Assembly (NCBI GenBank): GCA_963699755.1
Contig: CAVOVB010000002.1
Coordinates: 608,001 to 672,000, forward strand
Origin: an uncultured delta proteobacterium
GTDB lineage: Bacteria; Myxococcota_A; Polyangia; Polyangiales; Houyiibacteriaceae
DNA: 64,000 nt
Reading direction: 5' to 3'
Of the stretch, positions 1 through 9,513 are shown piece after piece. A program made the translations under genes and the position numbers. Position 1 is the first letter of the stretch, and each line of letters starts with the position of its first letter. A model generated the notes under the pieces. That model was not told where the DNA came from and did not search any database. It saw only the letters and a list, made by a program, of their open reading frames with translations.

Positions 1-142
1 AACGCTCGGTGACCGAGGCGTTCCGATAAGCGCGTTAGACCCGAGCTCCCTCGGCGTGCTGAAGGAAGCGATAGAGCGGCGCATCGAGGTCTCGCACCCG
101 ATGCTCCAAGCCGACGAGCCTACTTCTTCACGACCGGCTTGA
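1..142 (+). CDS. 3' end of a gene entering from the left edge; possibly a GTPase (HflX-like) C-terminus
   Basis: Frame 2 reads TLGDRGVPISALDPSSLGVLKEAIERR...RPA*; ISA followed by a helix resembles a GTPase G5 region. Too short for a firm call. Confidence 0.3.
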   Translation, partial: TLGDRGVPISALDPSSLGVLKEAIERRIEVSHPMLQADEPTSSRPA

Positions 143-1007
143 TGCCGACCTTGCCGTCCTTGACGACGACCTCGAAATCGATGCGCCTGCCCTTGTGTTT
201 GCGGTCGAGCACGGGAACCATCTTCTTCAAGCTCTTCGCCACCGTTTCGTAGTCGATTTTGTCGGTGCGCTCGTTGTTACCCCGCTTGGCCTCTACGTAG
301 CTCTCGAAAATTTGCCGCATCCGCGCTTCGCCAGGCCCCTTGCTGCGTGCGGCGATCGGCGGTGGCGTGCGCCGATGCGCAGGAACCACGTTGTTTGGTG
401 CCTCTTTCCGAGGACTCGGCTTGTTCGATCTCGGTTTCGAGAATCGCGCCGTCGGTAATTGCTGCGTGTCTGCGTCCGGCGGTTGCAGGTCTTGGGCGCG
501 AATGTTCTGCAGCGTGGTGGAGGTATCTTCAGGGCCGTGCGCCATGGCCGTTGCGGAAGCCTGAGGCGCTTGCCTGAGCTCGTCCATTCGATCGCTCGCC
601 TCGGCGATCAGCTGGTCCATGCTGACATCGTCATGGGGATCGAGCTCGAGAGGACCGGTGCTCCGACGCTGTCTCTGTTGCTCCCTCTGCGAACGCGCGG
701 CCTCGCGTCGGCGCCTCGCTCGGAGCAAGTCGCGGCGATAGGTGCCTTCTTCGATCTGACGTCCAATGCGGCGCCAGTAAGTCTGGAGAGTGGTGTAACG
801 TTGGATCAGAGTTTGGAAGCGAAATCGAAGCGCAGTGTTTCTAGGTTGCTCCTTGCGCAAAAGATGAAGCGTTCGATCGAATTGCTTCCGCGGGATCTGC
901 GGCTCGATTCGCTCGATACCTTGAAACCACTGCTCATAGAGGTGCTTGACGCGCGAGAGCTGAATCTCGGCATCAGACAACATGATTTCGAATTCTTTCG
1001 GTGTCAT
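120..1007 (-). CDS. Myxobacterial hypothetical protein with MXAN_5187-like C-terminal domain
   Basis: Start moved to ATG 1007 (MTPKEFE). Helical N-terminus (LYEQWFQGIERIEP...LRFRFQTL), Pro-rich linker, C-terminus YVEAKR...YETVAKSLKK...IDFEVVVKDGKVGIKP. Confidence 0.65.
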   Translation of the reverse strand: MTPKEFEIMLSDAEIQLSRVKHLYEQWFQGIERIEPQIPRKQFDRTLHLLRKEQPRNTALRFRFQTLIQRYTTLQTYWRRIGRQIEEGTYRRDLLRARRRREAARSQREQQRQRRSTGPLELDPHDDVSMDQLIAEASDRMDELRQAPQASATAMAHGPEDTSTTLQNIRAQDLQPPDADTQQLPTARFSKPRSNKPSPRKEAPNNVVPAHRRTPPPIAARSKGPGEARMRQIFESYVEAKRGNNERTDKIDYETVAKSLKKMVPVLDRKHKGRRIDFEVVVKDGKVGIKPVVKK

Positions 1008-1017
1008 GAGCTCACCG

Positions 1018-1641
1018 TCAAAGCGGTGTGACCTCCAAATTGTCGAATGAGAGGTTCGATTGCCAGTTATTGAAGCCAAAATGATCGTGACCCCGGCCCT
1101 GTAGCGGCTCGGAATCCTCCATGCTCACTAGGACTTCGTCATCCACCCAGGCTGTCAGAGTGCCGTCTGTCCGCTCGATTCGAAACCGGTAAACCCTACC
1201 CGGCTCGACTTCTCTGGGCTGGCCCACGACCCGATCATCGCCGTGCTCGTCCATCCGAGCAAGGACGTTTCGTGAGTTGTCCCAGCCCCCGAAAATGATG
1301 ACGTAGCTCGTTGCCGTATACTTGCCGTTCTTCGCGTACGACGCTCCGTCGCCGAAAATCTCGACTTTGATGTCTCCTTCGGGACTCTCGCTGCGCACGT
1401 CGAATTCGACCCGGACCTCCCGCGGAAGCGTCCGCAGAAGCCAAAGCGGATGGTTCTTCGCCCCCTGGACACGAAGCTCGCCCGATTCGATTCGCCAGTT
1501 TCCCCCGGTGTCCTTGTATGCGCTCCCGAGCCGAGCGCGTTCGAAGTCGTCCGAAAAGCCAGTCCCTATTCCAGGGTCGCCCTGCGGGGTACATCCAGCC
1601 AAGGAGCACAGCAGTAGCAAAGCGCGGACCGGCGATGGCAA
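1018..1641 (-). CDS. Lipoprotein with concanavalin A/lectin-like beta-sandwich domain
   Basis: Lipobox LLLLCSLAG-C; FSDDFER...WRIESGEL and HFGFNNWQSNLSFDNLEV are typical of a ConA/LamG-like fold. Start uncertain (TTG 1641 assumed). Confidence 0.6.
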   Translation of the reverse strand: MPSPVRALLLLCSLAGCTPQGDPGIGTGFSDDFERARLGSAYKDTGGNWRIESGELRVQGAKNHPLWLLRTLPREVRVEFDVRSESPEGDIKVEIFGDGASYAKNGKYTATSYVIIFGGWDNSRNVLARMDEHGDDRVVGQPREVEPGRVYRFRIERTDGTLTAWVDDEVLVSMEDSEPLQGRGHDHFGFNNWQSNLSFDNLEVTPL

Positions 1642-1645
1642 CCGA

Positions 1646-2752
1646 CTATTCTGGGTCGGTACACCCATCTTCATCCAAATCCTGCCCTTCGATCGCCTCT
1701 TCATTTGGGCACTGGTCATCAGCGTCGGGGATGAAGTCGTTGTCGTTGTCCGGATCCATGCAGCCGTCCTCGTCCTCGAACCCGTCGATGTCTTCGGGGA
1801 GACGCGGGCACTCGTCCCGCGAGTCCGGGATGCCGTCTCCGTCCAAATCATCGGTCTGCGGAGACCAAGACACGCCAACGATTGCGCGAAAGCGGGGCTG
1901 TCCAAGCCCTCGAACGAATCCCATGCCGAGCGCGGCGGTCATCGTCACGTGGTTCTTCGTCCAGCGGACGCCGATGTCGCCTTCGAGGGTATTGGTGCTC
2001 TTGCCGCGAAACGAACTCGTGCCGCGGAGCTCGATGAGCCCGAACAGATCTTTGGCAGGCGGAATTGGCGGCTTCAACGAGACGCCGTACTGAAGCTCCT
2101 GCCCAAGCGTGTCGACACCGAAATTCCGAGGATTCACGCGATAGCGCCAACCCAGCATCATACCGGCGCCCGCGCCAAGAAGATGAAAGTCCGCGAGCAG
2201 CTGAGCGTCAAACGAGAACTGCCCTTCGCTCGCATAGAAGCTCGAGCTGCCGATCGGCACCGGGAGCGTCAGCAAAAGACCCATGCCAGGTCCGTCTGGG
2301 CGGTTCTGCGTTTCCTCGGTCTTCTCTCCGAAGAACCGAATCTTGGTCGTGAAACGCGGATCCTCGACGGCAAATCCCGTAAACGATCTCGGAATGTCGC
2401 CCGGCTCGACGGTCGTCTCCCCGGTTTGATAGAGAACGAGCGGAACTTCCAACGCGAGTGACCAGCGCCCGAAAAGGCCGACCTCGAAGAACAGGTCCCC
2501 GGTCATTCGATCGTCGATCAGCTGATCGCGAGTTCCATTCGCGTATTGAATGCGCAATGGACGATTCGAATACCAGGTCACGAGGCCGAGGTTGTAGCGA
2601 GTATGACCCAGCGTCCCGCTGCCGTTGAAACCGAGGAAGCCAAATCGGTCGAGTGCAGGACGAAATCGCTCGACGTTGATCTCTTGTGCGGACACCGAAA
2701 CCGACGCTGCCAGCGCCGCGACTAGACCAAGTGCCGCCGCCAAACGAGTCAT
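1646..2752 (-). CDS. Outer-membrane beta-barrel protein with thrombospondin type-3 (Ca-binding) repeats; no OmpA C-terminal domain
   Basis: Signal peptide, alternating amphipathic strands, then DLDGDGIPDSRDECP..EDIDGFEDEDGC and DNDNDFIPDADDQCP repeats ending at the stop. Confidence 0.7.
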   Translation of the reverse strand: MTRLAAALGLVAALAASVSVSAQEINVERFRPALDRFGFLGFNGSGTLGHTRYNLGLVTWYSNRPLRIQYANGTRDQLIDDRMTGDLFFEVGLFGRWSLALEVPLVLYQTGETTVEPGDIPRSFTGFAVEDPRFTTKIRFFGEKTEETQNRPDGPGMGLLLTLPVPIGSSSFYASEGQFSFDAQLLADFHLLGAGAGMMLGWRYRVNPRNFGVDTLGQELQYGVSLKPPIPPAKDLFGLIELRGTSSFRGKSTNTLEGDIGVRWTKNHVTMTAALGMGFVRGLGQPRFRAIVGVSWSPQTDDLDGDGIPDSRDECPRLPEDIDGFEDEDGCMDPDNDNDFIPDADDQCPNEEAIEGQDLDEDGCTDPE

Positions 2753-3546
2753 CTGGCCTCGCTCGTGCCCAAGAGGTGCGTCGTACGAACGTTCTTCAGC
2801 GCAGCGAGCATGCTTTGGCGAACCTTGGGTGCGCGCCTTTCGAGGTCATCGAGAAGCTCCTTGACCTGTTGGCGCCAAAGGTTTTCCTGCGATCCGCAGA
2901 GGTTGCATGCAATGATCGGGAAATCCAAACCCCGCGCGTATGCCGCGATGTCTTGCTCGGACGAATAGAGCAATGGGCGAATCACGGTATTGCGCCCGTC
3001 GTCGCTGAGAAGCTTCGCGGGCATCGCGCTCAGTGATCCGTTGAACATCATGTTCAGTAGGAGCGTTTCGATGGCGTCGTCACGGTGGTGTCCGAGCGCG
3101 ATCTTGGTGCAACCCAGGCTCTCGGCAACGTTGTAGAGGATGCCTCGGCGCAGTCGCGAGCACAGGCTGCAGTAAGTCTGGCCCTCCGGAATACGCTCAG
3201 TTACCAGATGGTAGGTGTCTTTGCGAACAATTTGGTGCTCGTAGCCACGCTCGCACAGCCAGGCCTCGAGTGCGGTCCCGTCGTACCCGGGTTGGCCCTG
3301 ATCGAGGTGCACCGCGATGAGCGCGAACGGCACCGGCGCTCTTTGACGCGCTCGCTCCAAGAGATGCAGCAAGGTGTAGCTGTCCTTGCCACCGCTGATG
3401 GCAACCATGACTCGATCTCCAGGCTGGATGAGCTCGTAGTCCGCGATGCACCGCCCCATTTCACGAGCAAGTCGTTTCTCCAAGCTGGCCTGATCCACGC
3501 GGGATGGGTACCCGGGGAGAGAGGCGGCTGCAAGCCTCTCGATCAC
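2749..3546 (-). CDS. ttcA: tRNA 2-thiocytidine(32) synthetase
   Basis: SGGKDS PP-loop, CSLCSRLRRG, GHHRDD, CNLCGSQ. Alternative start GTG 3498. Confidence 0.95.
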   Translation of the reverse strand: MIERLAAASLPGYPSRVDQASLEKRLAREMGRCIADYELIQPGDRVMVAISGGKDSYTLLHLLERARQRAPVPFALIAVHLDQGQPGYDGTALEAWLCERGYEHQIVRKDTYHLVTERIPEGQTYCSLCSRLRRGILYNVAESLGCTKIALGHHRDDAIETLLLNMMFNGSLSAMPAKLLSDDGRNTVIRPLLYSSEQDIAAYARGLDFPIIACNLCGSQENLWRQQVKELLDDLERRAPKVRQSMLAALKNVRTTHLLGTSEAR

Positions 3547-4814
3547 GTCGCTCTTCGGAGGGCGACGGCGCGCGCGTGCGCCTCCAAACCCTCGAGCCGA
3601 GCGAGCCCCTCGAGGAGATCGGCCTGGCTGGTGATGGCTGCCTGCGAATACCGAATCAGTGACGACCGGACGACGAAATCGTAGACGCCCAGCGGGGAGG
3701 CAAAACGGACTGCGCCACCGGTTGGAAGCACGTGGCTCGGACCCGCTGCGTAGTCCCCCGCAGCTTCGGGGGTGTGATAGCCGAGAAAGATTGCACCGGC
3801 CGGGCCAATCGTTTCGAGCAACGCTTCTGGATCCGCAACGGAGAGGCTCAAGTGCTCGACCGCAAGCTTGCTTGCCGCCCGGCTCGCCTCCGCGAGGTCG
3901 TTGACGACGAAGCAGTAGCCGTTGCTGCGTACAGACTCGAGTGCAATCGCGCGCCGAGGAAGCGATGCGAGTTGTCTTTCTAGGGCAGCGTCTACTGCGT
4001 CCGCCTGAGCGCGCGAAAGCACGATGGCGAGCGGATAGGCCGCTTCGTCGTGCTCCGCCTGCGACAACAGGTCGGCTGCGACTATTTCCGGATCCGCGCC
4101 GTCATCCGCGACAACGAGAATCTCGCTTGGACCGGCGATCGAGTCGATGTCGACAACGCCGAAGACCAGCCGCTTCGCGCAGGCGACGTAGATGTTGCCC
4201 GGGCCGACGACCTTGTCCACGCGCGCAATCGACTCGGTGCCGTATGCGACGGCGGCAATGGCTTGGGCACCGCCTGCGTCGACAACCTCGGTAACGCCGG
4301 AGACTTCGGCGGCAGCCAAGACCTCCGGGGTGGGGTTTGGCGTGATCAAGACGATCCGCTCGACCCCAGCAACCGTAGCGGGAATAGCGGTCATCAGGAC
4401 GGTCGACGGATAGCGGGCTTTGCCGCCCGGTGCGTACACCGCCGCAGCGGCGACCGGCTTGACGCGTTGACCGAGCCCAACGCCGCCTTCTTCGTAGCGA
4501 AACCCCGTCTCCCGCTGATGCTCGTGGTAACGCCGAATTCGGTCGCCGGCTGCCGCCAACGCCCCGCGAATGGCGGGATCGACTGTGCGGGCTTCCTTCA
4601 ACCATGCATCGCGGCTCAAAATCAGTGATCGAGGACGCCGACGATCAAAGCGTTCGGTATAGTCCAGGACGGCCTCGTCTCCCCGCTCTCGCACCGCATC
4701 GAGGATCTCGCGTACGTCAGGCTCGACGCGGGCAAGATCTTCGTCGCCGCGCCGGCTCAAAGACGCAAGTGTGTCTTCGTAACCGGTTTGGCCCTGTTCG
4801 TAGATCGTCAGCAT
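3543..4814 (-). CDS. hisD: Histidinol dehydrogenase
   Basis: PGGKARYPSTVLM, GPGNIYV, IAGPSE, DLLSQAEHD, GPSHVLPT. Confidence 0.97.
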   Translation of the reverse strand: MLTIYEQGQTGYEDTLASLSRRGDEDLARVEPDVREILDAVRERGDEAVLDYTERFDRRRPRSLILSRDAWLKEARTVDPAIRGALAAAGDRIRRYHEHQRETGFRYEEGGVGLGQRVKPVAAAAVYAPGGKARYPSTVLMTAIPATVAGVERIVLITPNPTPEVLAAAEVSGVTEVVDAGGAQAIAAVAYGTESIARVDKVVGPGNIYVACAKRLVFGVVDIDSIAGPSEILVVADDGADPEIVAADLLSQAEHDEAAYPLAIVLSRAQADAVDAALERQLASLPRRAIALESVRSNGYCFVVNDLAEASRAASKLAVEHLSLSVADPEALLETIGPAGAIFLGYHTPEAAGDYAAGPSHVLPTGGAVRFASPLGVYDFVVRSSLIRYSQAAITSQADLLEGLARLEGLEAHARAVALRRAT

Positions 4815-4897
4815 TTGCTGTTTCTAGCCGTCCAAGCAGTGGGGTCAACCGCGCAACCTTGCCCTCTGGGGCTGAAAGTGGTCAGACTTCGCCGATC

Positions 4898-6397
4898 ATG
4901 AACGTACGCCTTTACAACACCCTGACGGGCCAAAAGGAGCCCTTCGAGCCGGCCGACCCTGACCACGCCCGCGTCTATGTCTGCGGCCCAACGGTCTACG
5001 ACTACGCTCATCTAGGCCACGCTCGTTGCTACCTCGTTTACGACGTGCTGGTTCGCCACCTGCGAAGCAATGGCATGAAGGTAACCTACGTCCGGAACAT
5101 CACCGACGTGGACGACAAGATCCTCAAGCGTGCCGCGGAGACTGGCAGCGAACCGACGGCGCTCGCAACGCGTTTTGCCGATGCCTATTCGGAAGACATG
5201 CATCGGCTCGGGAACCTCGACCCGGACGTGGAGCCACGCGTCAGCACGCATCTCGAAGACATCTTGGCCCTAGTGCAAAGGCTGATCGATGGTGGTCATG
5301 CGTACCTGGCGGACGGCGATGTCTATTTCTCGGTCGAGTCCTTTCCCAGGTACGGCAAGCTGAGCCACCGCGACTTGACGAAGATGAAAGTCGGCGCGAG
5401 CGACCGGCTCGACGACGCGCAGACTGCACGCAAGCACCACCCCGCAGACTTCGCGCTCTGGAAGAAGAGCGATGGCGATGCCTGGGGTTGGGAGAGCCCC
5501 TGGGGGCGCGGTCGCCCAGGCTGGCACATCGAGTGCTCCGCCATGTCGATGAAGCATCTCGGCGATACCCTCGATCTTCACGGAGGCGGACTGGACCTGG
5601 TCTTTCCGCATCACGAAAACGAGATCGCCCAAAGTGAGGCTGCGACGGGCAAACCCTTCGCGCGGTGCTGGATGCACAACGGATTCGTCGAAGTCGACAA
5701 GGAGAAGATGAGCAAGAGTCTCGGCAACTTCTTCACAGCACGAGATCTTTTCGACCGAGTCGAGCCCGAAGCGATCCGCTACTTCATGATGACGGTGCAC
5801 TACCGGGCACCGCTGAATCTCGACTGGACCCTCGACGAGGCCGGCAACGTGACCGGCTTCCCGCAATTCGAGGAAGCGGAACGGCGCGTCGCGTATCTGT
5901 ACAAAACAAAGCAGCGCCTCGAAGGGCTTCCGCCGAAGCGCATCGCCGACAGCGATGCCCCCTGTCCGGCTGAGATCGCGGGCTTCGGTCGAGCCCTGCG
6001 GGAGTCCTTGGACGACGACCTCAACATGCCGGTCGCGCTGGCGAAACTCGCCGATTTCCTCAAAGGAGTGAACGAGCTCTGCGATCAGGCGATGCGGAAG
6101 AAGGGAACGGCTCCCAAGAGCTCGGTAGAGCAGGCAAAGGCGGGGTTCGGCGCCTTGGAGGCAGAGCTCGGTCTCGGCACCGAGGCCGCCGACGCCATCC
6201 TTGCGCGAATCCGTGATCGAAGGGCGATGGCCACTGGCTTGGAGACCGCGAGCGTCGAGCAGCGAATCGCGGAGCGCAACGAGGCAAGAAAATCCAAAGA
6301 CTTCGCCAAAGCGGATCGGATTCGCGATGAGCTCGAGGCGCTTGGAGTGGAGCTACTAGACGGCCCCGAGGGGACCGGCTGGACCATGGCGGACTGA
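4898..6397 (+). CDS. cysS: Cysteine--tRNA ligase
   Basis: CGPTVYD, HLGH (HIGH), PGWHIECSAM, KMSKS. Start moved to ATG 4898 (MNVRLYNTL). Confidence 0.97.
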   Translation: MNVRLYNTLTGQKEPFEPADPDHARVYVCGPTVYDYAHLGHARCYLVYDVLVRHLRSNGMKVTYVRNITDVDDKILKRAAETGSEPTALATRFADAYSEDMHRLGNLDPDVEPRVSTHLEDILALVQRLIDGGHAYLADGDVYFSVESFPRYGKLSHRDLTKMKVGASDRLDDAQTARKHHPADFALWKKSDGDAWGWESPWGRGRPGWHIECSAMSMKHLGDTLDLHGGGLDLVFPHHENEIAQSEAATGKPFARCWMHNGFVEVDKEKMSKSLGNFFTARDLFDRVEPEAIRYFMMTVHYRAPLNLDWTLDEAGNVTGFPQFEEAERRVAYLYKTKQRLEGLPPKRIADSDAPCPAEIAGFGRALRESLDDDLNMPVALAKLADFLKGVNELCDQAMRKKGTAPKSSVEQAKAGFGALEAELGLGTEAADAILARIRDRRAMATGLETASVEQRIAERNEARKSKDFAKADRIRDELEALGVELLDGPEGTGWTMAD

Positions 6398-6458
6398 TGA
6401 GAGTATCAGGTGAGATGCGCCGATCTCCGGATTTCCAGGGGATCGCGCCAGCACCGAT

Positions 6459-8147
6459 GTGTCACTAACAGGCGATGTATGTCACGCTGATAGTTCCTTG
6501 GAGCATCCGGTTTTGAACTCGTCTGTCCCAGAGCCAGTGGCGGAAGGTACTTTGAGTGCGACGCCACTGGGTCACGTGTTGCTGTCCATCCAGAAGAAGG
6601 GGCTATCGGGGACTCTGGCAATCTGGCCGGATGACGAGCGAACGGGGCAAGACCGTATCCTCTTTCGCTCCGGCGCTCCGGCAACGGGACGATTCCTCGA
6701 CCCGGCCGCCGACTTCGAGCACGGCCTGCTCCACCTCTTCAGCCGGGGAGAATCGCCGTATGCGTTCTACGAAGCGGACTTGGTCGGTGATGGGGAAGGT
6801 GTACTCCGAGGGACAGTCGACATCTTCTCGCTCATTGCGCACGCCCTTCGCACCGATGTTCCCAGGGACGCCGTGGCGCGCGTCATTCGAAAGCTCGGCC
6901 CCGAAGCGCAACGAATCAAGTCCGGAGCGCCCTTGGCGAGACTCCAGCTTCAATCCAACGAGGTTGCGTTCGTCGAGTTGATGCGCGCCGAGCCCGCGGC
7001 GGCGGGAACGCTGGTCGATCAGTTCGGCGACCCGAAAGTCGCCCAGCGGATGCTCTATCTGCTCGCGATCACGGGATGTCTGGAACCGTACGTTCCCGGC
7101 TCACAACAGAAGCTCAGGGCGGTGAGGCCCACTACAGGTCAGGGGGGGGCGCGAGCATCCACTCCGCCGGCACCCGGCGTTTCGATGCGGCCATCGGGAG
7201 GGGTCCCCTCGAGGGATCGCTACTCGACACCTCCTACCGACCGAGAGTCCGGTGTTCCGCGAGCAGACTCGGTCTTGCCGGCCTCGCTCAGCAACCTGCC
7301 GCCATCACGAACGCTCTCTGGCGAAATCGTGGCACCGCGCGCGCTGCCATCGGCGCCCCCACCGAGCCTCAGTCCGGAGCTCACGAAGCGCTGGGAAGAG
7401 ATTGCCCGAGTCGTCGCGATGATGGACCGACAGAACTACTTCGAGATGCTCGGCGTAAAGGAATCCGCCGACACGAGGGAAATCCGCAAGAAGTACATGA
7501 CGGTCGCAAAGACTTGGCATCCGGACCGCTTGCCTTCGGAGCTTTCCGCTCTCCGTCCCTGGGTCGAGGAGATCTTTCACTTGTTCACGGTGGCGAGCGA
7601 TACGCTGAGCGATCCCAAGAAGCGCGTGGAATACCAGAGGACCGTGATGCAGGGCGGCGGCACGCCTGAAGCGGAACGAAAGCTCAACGTCATGGTCGAG
7701 GCAGCGATCAACTTTCAGAAGGTCGACGTGCTGGTGAAGCGGCGGCGGTACGACGAGGCAGCGAAGATCTGCGACGCGGCGATGACGGTCGTTCGCAAGG
7801 AGGCCGACTACCCGGCGATGAAGGCGTGGATCCTGCTGCTGCGTGATGGGGTCGAGAAAGAAGAGACCGCAGTCCAGATCCGCGAGCTGCTCCGCACGAC
7901 TTTCTCGATCAACCCAGACCATGTGCACGGCCACTTCGTGCGCGCCCATTTCTTGAAGAGGCAGGGCGAGCACGACAAGGCGCTCAAGCACTTCAAGAAA
8001 GTCGCCAGGCTCGACCCGCGGAACCTCGAGGCAGCTCGCGAGGTCCGAATTGGGACGATGCGCCAGTCCAGAGGCCGAAGCAGCGCACCACCCCCTCGAA
8101 ACGAAGGCAAGCGCCCCAAGATCTTCGGGAAGTTCTTCAAGAAGTAA
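6459..8147 (+). CDS. J-domain (DnaJ-like) protein with myxobacterial N-terminal domain, Pro/Ser linker and C-terminal TPRs
   Basis: NYFEMLGV...AKTWHPDR J-domain with HPD; C-terminal TPR-like helices. True start is probably somewhat downstream (about 6513-6537). Confidence 0.8.
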   Translation: MSLTGDVCHADSSLEHPVLNSSVPEPVAEGTLSATPLGHVLLSIQKKGLSGTLAIWPDDERTGQDRILFRSGAPATGRFLDPAADFEHGLLHLFSRGESPYAFYEADLVGDGEGVLRGTVDIFSLIAHALRTDVPRDAVARVIRKLGPEAQRIKSGAPLARLQLQSNEVAFVELMRAEPAAAGTLVDQFGDPKVAQRMLYLLAITGCLEPYVPGSQQKLRAVRPTTGQGGARASTPPAPGVSMRPSGGVPSRDRYSTPPTDRESGVPRADSVLPASLSNLPPSRTLSGEIVAPRALPSAPPPSLSPELTKRWEEIARVVAMMDRQNYFEMLGVKESADTREIRKKYMTVAKTWHPDRLPSELSALRPWVEEIFHLFTVASDTLSDPKKRVEYQRTVMQGGGTPEAERKLNVMVEAAINFQKVDVLVKRRRYDEAAKICDAAMTVVRKEADYPAMKAWILLLRDGVEKEETAVQIRELLRTTFSINPDHVHGHFVRAHFLKRQGEHDKALKHFKKVARLDPRNLEAAREVRIGTMRQSRGRSSAPPPRNEGKRPKIFGKFFKK

Positions 8148-8413
8148 GGGGCGGTTCCACTGGGGCGCGGAAAGAGGCGTGACCCCGGGCGACGACCAAG
8201 CATACGACCTGAGAGCGGGTCGCAGCGGCCGTGCTCGCGATTGGGCGCCCCGTCGCCGCGGCTCTTCACGGAGCCAACCGGCTAAGCGCCGGCCCAATCG
8301 CCGTGCTGCCCCTCGGGAGCCGTTCTCCTGTGTGGATGGAGTTGAACGCAGGGGCGCCCGCGAGCACCTGCGTCGCCTGCCTTTCTCCGAATCGTAGGGT
8401 TGATCGTTGCAGC

Positions 8414-9340
8414 TCAGAACGTCGCGATCGTCACGTGGGCTCGGGCGTCGTGGGCTGGGACGATGACGAGGTCCGGGTTTGCACGTTGGAGTCGGTGTAA
8501 GAGGACCAGTTGGTCGCGGACCGCGGCGGCGTCGTGGTCGACCATTCGCCTGGTGAGCCAAGGTTTTTCGGCGGGCCAGTCGATACCTTCTCGGGTCCAC
8601 GAGGTGTCACCGATGACCAAAAACCGCCTGCGGTCAGGGAGGGTCACGAATGCTGCGATGGAGCCAGGGGTGTGACCGGGCATTGGCACGAGCACCACAG
8701 TTCCGTCGCCGAAGAAGTCGTGGCTCGCTGCAAACGGACCGTACGCGCCGTCAGCAAAGCTCAGCTCTTGGAGCTGGAACTGGCCGCCGGCCTCTAGCTG
8801 TCGGTAGAGCTTCCCGCCTGCATCATCCGATCGCGCATGCGCGAGCTCCTCCGGCGTGATCCAAACCGGCACTTCGCGAAGGTCCTGGAGACCGCTCACG
8901 TGATCCCAGTGCGAGTGCGTGAGCACGACTCCCCGAAGGTCGTGAGGCCCGAGCCCGCGCGCGGCAAGAGCGTCGATCGTCGGTTGCTTCACGCTGAGAT
9001 GCGCTAAGGCCTGCATCAGCAACGGCGTCGTTTTCAGATGCTGCGCCAACTTCCGACCCACCCCTGCATCGATCAACAAGCGCCCCCGAGGATGTTCAAC
9101 CATGAACGCAGCAAGCCCGGTTGTGAAGGGCTTCAACAAAGACCCTCCGCGAACGCTGAAGCCCTCCTGGCTCTTGATCTCAGCGCCCCGAATCACTGAA
9201 AACGATACGCCCTCGATCGAAACCGGCTGTGGCAGAGCAGGCCCCATGGCCTTCGGAACGGTCAACGGACGCTTCAGAAAGCTCCACGCGAGGCTGGCGA
9301 GCAGAACGATGACGAGCAGGAGAGCGATCCGGATCTTCAC
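8414..9340 (-). CDS. Exported or membrane-anchored metallo-beta-lactamase-fold hydrolase (AHL-lactonase-like)
   Basis: LIDAG, THSHWDH, GHTPG, GD, PAHD. Hydrophobic N-terminus after GTG 9340 (VKIRIALLLVIVLL). Confidence 0.8.
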   Translation of the reverse strand: MKIRIALLLVIVLLASLAWSFLKRPLTVPKAMGPALPQPVSIEGVSFSVIRGAEIKSQEGFSVRGGSLLKPFTTGLAAFMVEHPRGRLLIDAGVGRKLAQHLKTTPLLMQALAHLSVKQPTIDALAARGLGPHDLRGVVLTHSHWDHVSGLQDLREVPVWITPEELAHARSDDAGGKLYRQLEAGGQFQLQELSFADGAYGPFAASHDFFGDGTVVLVPMPGHTPGSIAAFVTLPDRRRFLVIGDTSWTREGIDWPAEKPWLTRRMVDHDAAAVRDQLVLLHRLQRANPDLVIVPAHDARAHVTIATF

Positions 9341-9513
9341 GTGGCGGCAAAGATAGTACCGGGGCAGCTCCCTGTCCCGACCACAACCAGCGTCACGGCG
9401 ATGGTCAGCGTTGGGCGCCGGCGGCCCTCCGGAAATCGCCGGCCCCAGCTCTTCCAAACACTCGAAATCGGTCAACAGGCCTCTGGCACGCGTACTGCAC
9501 ATCGTCCTTCGCC

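Noticed and set aside
1018..2752. traA/traB orthologue call
   Set aside because: No OmpA domain, no Cys-rich stalk or MYXO-CTERM on the partner, and the gene order differs.
4604..4897. N-terminal extensions in the ORF track (cysS, the MBL hydrolase, the 15917 ORF, the 60681 ORF)
   Set aside because: They overlap neighbouring genes; downstream starts fit family N-termini and ribosome-binding sites better.
8148..8413. 6S RNA, SRP RNA, tmRNA or RNase P RNA call for the structured gap
   Set aside because: I could not find their conserved motifs or usual gene context; kept only as an unidentified structured element.
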